Assembly: GCF_006345805.1 (NCBI RefSeq)
Contig: NC_043025.1
Coordinates: 2,604,001 to 2,668,000, forward strand
DNA: 64,000 nt
Direction: 5' to 3'
From: Octopus sinensis
Taxonomy: Eukaryota
This document shows positions 39,301-49,435 of this stretch, one piece after another. The notes beneath the pieces are model-generated. The model made no database searches and was not told the DNA's origin. It saw nothing but the letters and a program-made list of their open reading frames with translations. The translations under genes and the position numbers were made by a program. Every line of letters begins with the position of its first letter. The stretch's first letter is position 1.

Positions 39301-42300
39301 CAAGAGCCTCCGAGACTGCTGAACAACGGGCACTCCGCAATACACAGAACGCTGCTGCTACTGCCAATGCGAGAGCCTCCGAGACTGCTGAACAACGGGC
39401 ACTCCGCAATACACAGAACGCTGATGCTACTGCCAATCAAGAGCCTCCGAGACTGCTGAACAACGGGCACTCCGCAATACACAGAACGCTGATGCTACTG
39501 CCAATGCGAGAGCCTCCGAGACTGCTGAACAACGGGCACTCCGCAATACACAGAACGCTGCTGCTACTGCCAAAGCAAGAGCCTCCGAGACTGCTGAACA
39601 ACGGGCACTCCGCAATACACAGAACGCTGATGCTACTGCCAAAGCAAGAGCCTCCGAGACTGCTGAACAACGGGCACTCCGCAATACACAGAACGCTGAT
39701 GCTACTGCCAATGCGAGAGCCTCCGAGACTGCTGAACAACGGGCACTCCGCAATACACAGAACGCTGATGCTACTGCCAAAGCAAGAGCCTCCGAGACTG
39801 CTGAACAACGGGCACTCCGCAATACACAGAACGCTGATGCTACTGCCAAAGCAAGAGCCTCCGAGACTGCTGAACAAAGGGCACTCCGCAATACACAGAA
39901 CGCTGCTGCTACTGCCAAAGCAAGAGCCTCCGAGACTGCTGAATAACGGGCACTCTGCAATACACAGAACGCTGCTGCTACTACCATAGCAAGAGCCTCC
40001 GAGACTGCTGAATAACGGGCACTCTGCAATACACAGAACGCTGCTGCTACTGCCAATGCCAGAGCCTCCGAGACTGCTGAACAATGGGCACTCCGCAGTA
40101 CACAGAACGCTGCTTCTACTGCCAAAGCAAGAGCCTCCGAGACTGCTGAACAACGGGCACTCCGCAATACACAGAACGCTGCTGCTACTGCCAAAGCAAG
40201 AGCCTCCGAGACTGCTGAACAACGGGCACTCCGCAATACACAGAACGCTGCTGCTACTGCCAATGCGAGAGCCTCCGAGACTGCTGAACAACGGGCTCTA
40301 CGCAATACACAGAATGCTGCAGCTACTGCGAAAGCAAGAGCGTCCGAGTCTGCTGAACAACGGGAACTCCGCAATACGCAGGACGCTGCTGCTACTGCGA
40401 AAGCAAGAGCCTCCGAGACTGCTGAACAACGGGCACTCCGCAATACGCAGGACGCTGCTGCTACTGCCAAAGCAAGAGCCTCCGAGACTGCTGAACAACG
40501 GGCACTCCGCACTACGCAGGACGCTGCTGCTACTGCGAAAGCAAGAGCCTCCGAGACTGCTGAACAACGGGCACTCCGCAATACACAGAACGCTGATGCT
40601 ACTGCCAATGCGAGAGCCTCCGAGACTGCTGAACAACGGGCACTCCGCAATACCAGAACGCTGCTGCTACTGCCAATGCGAGAGCCTCCGAGACTGCTGA
40701 ACAACGGGCACTCCGCAATACCAGAACGCTGCTGCTACTACCAATGCGAGAGCCTCCGAGACTGCTGAACAACGGGCACTCCGCAATACACAGAACGCTG
40801 CTGCTACTGCCAAAGCAAGAGCCTCCGAGACTGCTGAACAACGGGCACTCCGCAATACACAGAACGCTGCTGCTACTGCCAATGCGAGAGCCTCCGAGAC
40901 TGCTGAACAACGGGCACTCCGCAATACACAGAACGCTGATGCTACTGCCAAATCAAGAGCCTCCGAGACTGCTGAACAACGGGCACTCCGCAATACACAG
41001 AACGCTGATGCTACTGCCAATGCGAGAGCCTCCGAGACTGCTGAACAACGGGCACTCCGCAATACACAGAACGCTGCTGCTACTGCCAAAGCAAGAGCCT
41101 CCGAGACTGCTGAACAACGGGCACTCCGCAATACACAGAACGCTGATGCTACTGCCAATGCAAGAGCCTCCGAGACTGCTGAACAACGGGCACTCCGCAA
41201 TACACAGAAACGCTGAGCTACTGCCAATGCGAGAGCCTCCGAGACTGCTGAACAACGGGCACTCCGCAATACACAGAAACGCTGATGCTACTGCCAAAGC
41301 AAGAGCCTCCGAGACTGCTGAACAACGGGCACTCCGCAATACACAGAACGCTGATGCTACTGCCAAAGCAAGAGCCTCCGAGACTGCTGAACAAAGGGCA
41401 CTCCGCAATACACAGAACGCTGCTGCTACTGCCAAAGCAAGAGCCTCCGAGACTGCTGCAACGATACGGGCACTCTGCCACAATAATACATAAGAAAGCA
41501 AGGCTGGCCCGCTATCTGCTAAAAAATGAAGCAGAAGAGCCTCCGAGATGCTGAAAAACGGGCACTCGCAATACACAGAACGCTGCTGCTACTGCCAATG
41601 CCAGAGCCTCCGAGACTGCTGAACAATGGGCACTCCGCAATACACAGAACGCCTGCTTCTACTGCCAATGCGAGGAGACCTTACCTCCCGAGACTGCTGA
41701 ACAACGCTGCTCTATACGCAATACACAGATGAATGCACAGCCACACGCACCTGTACTGCCAAAGCAAGAGCTCCGAGGCTGCTGAACAACGGGCACTCCG
41801 CAATACGCAGGACGCTGCTGCTACTGCGAAAGCAAGAGCCTCGAGACTGCTGAACAACGGGCACTCCGCAATACACAGGAACGCTGCTGCTACTGCCAAA
41901 GCAAGAGCCTCCGAGACTGCTGAAACACGGGCACTCCGCACTACGCAGGACGCTGCTGCTGCTACTGCGAAAGCAAGAGCCTCCGAGACTGCTGAACAAC
42001 GGGCACTCGCCCAATACACAGAACGCTGATGCTACTGCCAATGCGACGAGCCTCCGAGACTGCTGACAAACGGGAACTCCGCAATACACACCGAAACGCT
42101 GCTGCTACTGCCAATGCGACAGCCTCCGAGACTGCTGAACAACGGGCACTCTGCAATACCAGAACGCTGCTGCTACTACCAATGCGAGAGCCTCCGAGAC
42201 TGCTGAACAACGGGAACTCCGCAATACACAGATCTTCGCTGCTACTGCCAAAGCAAGAGCATCCGAGACTGCTGAACATTGGGCACTTCCCAATACACAG

Positions 42301-43547
42301 AACGCTGCTGCTACTGCCAAAGCAAGCGCCTCCGAGACTGCTGAACAACGGGCACTCCGCAATACACAGAACGCTGCTGCTACTCCCAATGCGAGAGCCT
42401 CCGAGACTGCTGAAAAATGGGCACCCCGCAATACACAGAACGCTGCGCTGCCTAATGCAAGCACGAGGGCCTCACGAGACGCATGCCCCCTGCCGAAACA
42501 ATAGGCACTCCGCAATACACAGAACGCTGCTGCTACTGCGAAAGCAAGAGACTCTGAGACTGCTGAACAATGGGCACTCCGCAATACACAGAACGCTGCT
42601 GCTACTGCGAAAGCAAGAGACTCTGAGACTGCTGAACAATAGGCACCCCGCAATACACAGAACGCTGCTGCTACTGCGAAAGCAAGAGACTCTGAGACTG
42701 CTGAACAATGGGCACTCCGCAATACACACAACGCTGCTGCTACTGCCAAAGCAAGAGCCTCCGAGACTGCTGAACAATGGGCACTCCGCAATACACAGAA
42801 CGCTGCTGCTACTGCGAAAGCAAGAGCCTCCGAGACTGCTGAACAATGGGCACTCCGCAACACACACAACGCTGCTGCTACTGCCAATGCGAGAGCCTCC
42901 GAGACTGCTGAACAACGGGCACTCCGCAATACCAGAACGCTGCTGCTACTGCCAAAGCAAGAGCCTCCGAGACTGCTGAACAACGGGCACTCCGCAATAC
43001 ACAGAATGCTGCTGCTACTGCCAATGCGAAAGCCTCCGCGACTGCTGAACAACGGGCACTCCGCAATACACAGAACGCTGCTGCTACTGCCAAAGCAAGA
43101 GCCTCCGAGACTGCTGAACAACGGGCACTCCGCAATACACAGAACGCTGCTGCTACTGCCAAGCAAGACTCTCCGAGACTGCTGAACAACGGGCACTCCG
43201 CCAATACACAGAAGCGGCTGCTGCTACTGCCAAAGCAAGAGCCTCGAGACTGCTGAACAACGGCACTCCGCAATACACAGAACGCTGCTGCTGCTATGCC
43301 AAAGCAAGAGATCCGAGACTGCTGACAATGGGCATTCCGCAATACACAGAACGCTGCTGCTACTGCCAAAGCAAGAGACTCCGAGACTTCTGAACAACGG
43401 GCATTCCGCAATACACAGAACCCTGCTGGTACTGCCAAAGCAAGAGACTCCGAGACTGCTGAACAACGGGCACTCCGCAATACACAGAACGCTGCTGCTA
43501 CTGCCTATGCGAGAGTCTCCGAGACTGTGGAACAACGGGCATTCCGC
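21335..43547 (+). repeat. 69-bp tandem array (~320 units) encoding a 23-aa STPR-like repeat; Helitron-associated satellite
   Basis: Unit GAGACTGCTGAACAAYGGGCACTCCGCAATACACAGAACGCTGCTGCTACTGCCAAAGCAAGAGCCTCC; frame ETAEQ(R/W)ALRNTQNAAATAKARAS; abuts a Helitron helicase. Confidence 0.97.
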
Positions 43548-44595
43548 GTTTCAACAAACTTGCAACATTGGAAAAAATTCAGAGGAAGCTGAACTTCTTA
43601 GACAGTGCCGTCTCATTGTAGGGGATGAATGCACAATGGCCAATAAGGGTGCCCTTGAGGCAGTGGACCCGTCACTGAAAGATATAAGAGATTCTACAGC
43701 TTTTATGGGTGGTGTAACTCTTTTGCTTTCAGGACATTTCCGGCAAACCCTTCTCGTCATCCCGAAAGGGAACAGGGTTGATGAAGTGCGCGCATGCCTT
43801 AAGTCATTCACGTTGTGGCCCCAGGTTAAGACGTTAAGCCTAAGCACAAACATGCGTGTGCACTTGCTTGGTCCCTAGGAATGATAGGGGTGACATATTC
43901 ATCTCTGAACTGTGGGCAACCCTTCCGATCTTTTAGAAACAGCGTTCCCCAATATGGAATGTAATTAAGCAGACATCAATTGGCTCAGTAAAAGAAACAT
44001 GCTGGCCCCTAAAAACGTAACTTTCTGTGCTATCAACGACCAGCTCATAAGCTGAATTACGGGTGAAGAGCGCATCTACAAATCGATTGACCGGACCTTT
44101 GACCCCCAAGACATTGTCAATTACCCTATCGAGTTTCTCAACTCATTGGAGCCAGAAGGTCTTCCATCTCACATTCTTAGGCTAATGGTTGGATGCCCAA
44201 TTATGCTAATCAGAAACTTGCTTCCGCCTAAACAGTGCAACGGGACCCGCTTAATAGTCAAGTCCCTGACTCCCCACTTGATTGAGGCCACCATTGTTAC
44301 AGGGTGCGGGAGGGGTGAAAATGTTTTCATTTCAAGGATGCACCTTTATCCCTCGGGATCAGACATGCCGTTTAACTTCCGCAGATCGCAGTTCCCGGTG
44401 AGACCATGCTTTGCCATGTCCATCAACAAATCCCAAGGCCAAACACTATCGGTGACAGACATCCATTTGGGGGAGCCATGTTTTTCACATGGGCAACTTT
44501 ATGTGGCCTGCTCCCGTGTGGGGAGTAGAAACGCTCTTTTTGTGTATGCTCCTCAGGGCAGAACACGCAATGTTGTCTATAGCGAAGTTTTATAG
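43529..44595 (+). pseudogene. Helitron PIF1-family helicase, C-terminal part, decayed
   Basis: TCNIGKNSEEAELL, IVGDECTMANK, LLLSGHFRQTL, LSTNMRV, YPIEFLNSLEPEGLP, MLIRNL..CNGTRL, RRSQFPV..FAMSINKSQGQTL, FSHGQLYVACSRV; in-frame stops between the two ORFs. Confidence 0.93.
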
Positions 44596-45661
44596 ACAAG
44601 TCGTCATTACAGCCGATGTGGTTATAAACAGGTGATCCGGAAGCATTGGCCGGACACATTCTCAGAACATGGACTCTTCCGCTTTTTTATTGGACAATAG
44701 TGACGTCCACAACAATGCTCACCTGGCCGATATCAGTGCTTGTCTAAGTTGCTCATAGAGTTAGGCTAGAAGGTCCAGGCCCTTTTTGGGGGGGTTAAGG
44801 CTGTTGCTAAGCTTTCCTAAGTTACTCCAATCCAGATCTCCAATGCAAACTTTTGGATCAACCTTCTCCTATGCAGATCTTTAATGCAACTTATCCAATC
44901 CAAATCTTTGAGTCACGCATCTTCACTGTAGATCTCCAATGTAAACCTTCGATTCAACCTTCTCCAATACAGATTTCCAAGGTACCCTTCACCAATGCAT
45001 ATCTTCGATGCAGCATTGACTGATAGTACACATAGAAGGGGTTAGGACTAGATTAGGATTAGTCGCTGCCTTGCCGGAGGGGTTCCTAACTCATAGGCCA
45101 AGGGGGTTAGATGATATGATTGGTGTCTTCAAAAGGGCCGGCATGTGCAGCCTGATCACCTCTGCCGGTTAAACTCCCAACCCATGCGTTCCCGTCGCGA
45201 CACTGATTCTGCAGAACTGGGTTGGGTGTGAAAACCAACTTTAAAGTATAAATATAGATTTTTTTGAATCAGCAATGTTGTTCTCGGTTAAGTCCTATTT
45301 GGGGCGAAAAATCAATAAACTGATAAACCGATTCCTTATAGGATTTCCCACTAAAATTGGCTACACCCCATTTTCAACTCTAACTTATGCCAATTTTGAC
45401 ATATTTTGTTCAAACTTGATGCCAACATTACTTAGGACTCATGGGAACTTTGAATGCTTTAAGTTCTCAAAAAAAAATACAGTCGATGAGTGGAAATAAT
45501 CAATAAACCAATTCCTTATAGGATTTCCTAATTAAATTGCCTGCAACCCATTTTCAGCGAAACGTTCACCAATTTCAACCGATTTCGCTCAAATTTGATG
45601 TCGGTGCTACTTATTTTGGTTTGAAATAAAGCGCTCGATCACTTAATAATCCTAACGTAAT

Positions 45662-45690
45662 CCCGGGCAACGCCGGGCTATACTGCTTGT
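45662..45690 (+). terminator. Probable Helitron 3' terminus: GC hairpin plus degenerate CTAG|T
   Basis: CCCGG gcaacg CCGGG hairpin, then 8 nt later CTTG-T (one change from CTAG-T), about 1.1 kb after the helicase stop. Confidence 0.65.
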
Positions 45691-46326
45691 ATCAAATAAA
45701 CCTGAACACTAAAAACACTCACCTACATACACAAACACACATACATACAGAGATAAACACAACTCTACACATTCACACGCAGTAACCATACTTAGTGGAT
45801 CTTCTATAAAATTAATGAACCGTAAATTTTGTGTACTGTAAAAATGTGTTGCCCCTAAACCCAGTTGGGCTGCTAAACCCGATGGGTCCCCACAAGCAAC
45901 TGCATTGTAACGAATGATTTCTTTTTTATGCATCCCGGGTTTAGAAGCGTTCATACAAATTCTTCATCAAATATGCTTTGATGATTTCATTTTACTAACT
46001 TTTTTCTCCAAAACGAGAGCAAAGAATGAAGATAGATTTCCATGAAAATAATGTTCCTTCACATTCCTTTATTACTACTACTACTACTACTACTATTGTT
46101 GCTGTTGCTGCTGCTGCTGCTATTGTTGTTATTGTGACAGTGAAGTGGAAGAATCGTTATTACGAAATGTTTAATCGCATTTCTTTCGACTTTGTACGTT
46201 CCAAATTCAAGTTATACTAATACATCTGTTTGTTTTCTACACCACCTGTCTTCGTCTTTTGTTTTTTTTTTCGTGAATTCTCCCTGTAAACACACACATA
46301 TATATATATACATATATATGTATATG

Positions 46327-46369
<43 letters not shown>

Positions 46370-46483
46370 CATATATATGTATATGTATGTATGTATATAT
46401 ACATATATACCGGAATAAACACATAAATGTGAAACAAGGTGGAAAAAAGAGTACTCAAATACCAGTGGTAGAGTAATATGCTT

Positions 46484-46826
46484 TATATTAAGCAGCAGAA
46501 AATTCAACAAAATCTGTTACTCTGAGTTTCTCGTTGCCGTTCATCAGACAGTTTTTGCTAGAATGGAACTGATATATCAATTCAATCTATACTCTTACAA
46601 ACGCTACACCTTTAAAAAGAAATGGACTTGTTTGATTGGCCCTTTAGAAAAAACGGTCAATCTTCGAGCGATCAAACAATTCCATTTCTTTTTAAAGGTG
46701 TAGCGTTTGTAAGAGTATAGATTGAATTGATATATCAGTTCCATTCTAGCAAAAACTGTCTGATGAACGGCAACGAGAAACTCAGAGTAACAGATTTTGT
46801 TGAATTTTCTGCTGCTTAAAATAAAG

Positions 46827-46828
<2 letters not shown>
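46484..46828. mobile_element. Near-perfect palindrome (~155-bp arms, ~30-bp spacer) with two hammerheads, next to (TA)n
   Basis: 46484-46639 is the reverse complement of ~46671-46828. Confidence 0.85.
46749..46800 (+). ncRNA. Canonical minimal type I hammerhead (identical inverted copy 46507-46558, minus strand)
   Basis: CAAAAACTGT-CTGATGA-ACG gcaa CGA-GAAA-CTCAGAGT-A-ACAGATTTTG: full core, GUA site at 46789, long stem I, short stem II with GCAA loop. Confidence 0.8.
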
Positions 46829-46874
<46 letters not shown>

Positions 46875-46907
46875 ATTAAATGCCTACATACATATAAAGT
46901 GTATATA

Positions 46908-47734
46908 CAGGATGCCTCAGTTTTTGATGACACCTCTCGAGAAAGCTCTAACATCTGTCTATTTTCTACCTCACTTTTCAGATAATATCAGACATCAGGT
47001 TGACACTGTAAATGAAAAAGCATGCGGTAATCATTACTTTCAAAGCGCAACTTTGTGACACAGAGTTAGCATGCTTCCTGAAAGTTGTCAGATCCTTCGC
47101 TGTCAAAGTTTGAAAGTGGATGAAAGCTGCTGAAGAGGATCCAACATCAAAAGCTAAGCGCAAAATGCATCATGCCTGGCTTCTAATGCACTCAGAGCAA
47201 ATAACTTTCTACAAACTGTTCAAGAGATAATCGATAAACATCTCGGAAAGTTAATCGAATCCATTGCCAAGGACCTCAAGGCTTCAGAATGCACCATCAG
47301 AGGACCGTACGTCTTCCAACAAGACTTTGCACTGTCTCATAAGGCCAGGAAATTCAAGTGTGCATGCGTGCCAATCACATGATCATATTCTCCAAGTCAC
47401 ATGTCCTTCTAACTCATCAGACCTCATCTATTGGACTATTACTTATTGGGAGTAGTTCACAGAGAGGTAAATCAACAACGCCATAACACCATACAATCTC
47501 AGAAGTCCGCCATAACCAAAACTGAGAAAGACTATCTAATTCGGACATGTCGATAATTTCGACCCTGCATTGAAGCAGCCATTAATGTTAATGATGGATT
47601 CATTGATTAGGTGTGATAAAAGGTTTCTCTAGATTATTTGTACGGATTTGTTTTCATATACAGCTTTTGATAGATGAGATACGTATCTTTTGTCTACATT
47701 CATACAAATGACCCTTAAAAACAGACGCACCCTG
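46908..47734 (+). mobile_element. Internally deleted Tc1/mariner-superfamily transposon with TIRs and TA target duplication
   Basis: TA|CAGGATGCCTCAGTTTTT ... AAAAACAGACGCACCCTG|TA (18-bp TIR, 3 mismatches); decayed YVFQQD..SHKAR and PSNSSDL motifs. Confidence 0.8.
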
Positions 47735-48204
47735 TACATACATACATATAAATACATACGTAGACGTGTATATATATATATACATACACACACATACATA
47801 TATATATACACATACATACATAGATACATGCAAAGATAATGCATACTTACACATATATATAGACACGTGTACATAGACACATGCAAAGATACATGCATAC
47901 TTACACATACTGTTGTAGCAAGAGTCATTGCGATTGGAAGAATGGACTAGCCGGACTGCTATAAAGAGTAGCGTATTGATAGAGACAGAGGAAGTCTTAG
48001 GAAGTCGTTGAGAGTTTGTATTTATTGGAGTATCGTGTTTAGTGGACTAATTTGAAGTACGTCCCGTGAAGACAGTTGTGTCTTTCCTCCCTCCGTTGAA
48101 TCTCTACATCCAACGTATTGAAGGATATGAATGTGGCGACGAGTTTATTCGAAGCTTACGTTAACATTTTATTTTAATAGAAAATCAAAGAAAAATTAAT
48201 TAAC

Positions 48205-49130
48205 GTGGAAAACTTATCAGCCTCCGTTCAACAGATGCAAAAGCATCAGCAACAACAGCCACAGCAGCAATTACAACGACAACAATTCCATCAGTTGTTG
48301 AAGTCCAAAAATACTTCAGGTTCGTTCTCACCAGACGGCGTAGCAAACGCAATTTCAGAATTTAGTTATAACTCAAAAAAAGGTCTTCCTTTTTCTGCAT
48401 ATTTCTGAAGATATGAAGAAATCTTCATATTTTGAAGGTGAATGCAAAAACTGAACATACAAGGAAATAGTACGACGGCACTTAAGAAAATTATCCCTTG
48501 CCGAACACGAAAACTACTGTAAATTCTTTCTGTCAAAAAGAAAACATTTTTCGATGAAACAATTAAAATGTTATCGAAACTTTTCAGTGAGAGTAGTTCC
48601 TTGTTCAATACACGCCGGAAGTGTTTGAATTTAGTAAAAACAGATGAAAATTTCGTCACCTATGCCGGAAAATCAAACTTAAAGAATCAACCTCGGACAT
48701 GTTTAAATGTCTAAATTTTGTTTAGGGGTTAACTGCAAGAAAAGATGCAGAGATGCGTACCCGGGTACTGACAAAATTAGAACAGGACTAGAAATTGAAT
48801 CTGCAGGCAGTTGCAGAGGAATGTCAAAGAACTATTAATCTTCGCCTAATAAAATCGAAGAATAGGATTACGCGCGTCGACTTGTAACGGATAAGGATAA
48901 AGAAAAACACAGATCAATACCCAATCCATTCTATGGATTTATGTCAAAAACTGAAGATAAAAGCTCACATTACAGAGTAAAAAAAAAGGGTCGAACGAAG
49001 AAATTTATGGAAATGTTCCTTCAACATAAAGTTAGGTAAGGCTCAGAAAAGAAAGTGTGTCTTCATTAAAATTAATGAAGTGAACGTGAAGTTACAGCTA
49101 GATACGGGCAGTGATATTACAATTATTAAT
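48205..49130 (+). pseudogene. Ty3/Gypsy-type gag and aspartic protease remnant
   Basis: FSPDGVANAISEFSY, SLFNTRRKCLNLVK..FVTYAG, DMFKC..GLTARKDAEMRTRVLTKLEQD, VKLQLDTGSDITII; many stops; no LTRs seen. Confidence 0.75.
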
Positions 49131-49388
49131 ACTGGTCCACACACACGGCGTAGATGGAGTGGTTAGGGAGTGTTACTACTACTACTACTACTATTACATA
49201 TTTGTGTGTGTGAGTGTATGTGCATATGGATATCTGTATATATATGCGTACATATGCATATATATATATATGTATATGTGGTTGAGAGAAAGAGGGGGAC
49301 AATAACTTACCAAGCGCGTATAAGTAATGCATTTACATATATCTATATATGAATGTGTGAGTATACGTGTGTATATATAGATGTGCTT

Positions 49389-49431
<43 letters not shown>

Positions 49432-49435
<4 letters not shown>

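Noticed and set aside
41455-41760. Apparent unique inserts in the array (also ~37245-37270 and ~38935-38995)
   Set aside because: They still resemble scrambled units and lie in indel-rich stretches, most consistent with low-coverage long-read consensus error; raw reads are needed.
21422-43480. Very long ORFs in the array (up to 1028 aa) as real protein genes
   Set aside because: The 69-bp unit has no stop in 4 of 6 frames, so long ORFs are automatic. They switch frame at indels, and the STPR frame has scattered stops.
21335-43547. CRISPR array
   Set aside because: Units are head-to-tail with no unique spacers, there are no cas genes, and the context is eukaryotic.
45134-45235. HDV-like ribozyme suggested by GGCCGGCA...TGCCGGTT and a second hairpin
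   Set aside because: A P1-like helix is present, but I could not build P3, P1.1 or P2 of the double pseudoknot.
48205-48408. Poly-Q ORF as a host transcription-factor exon
   Set aside because: It continues into Gypsy-type gag and protease motifs.
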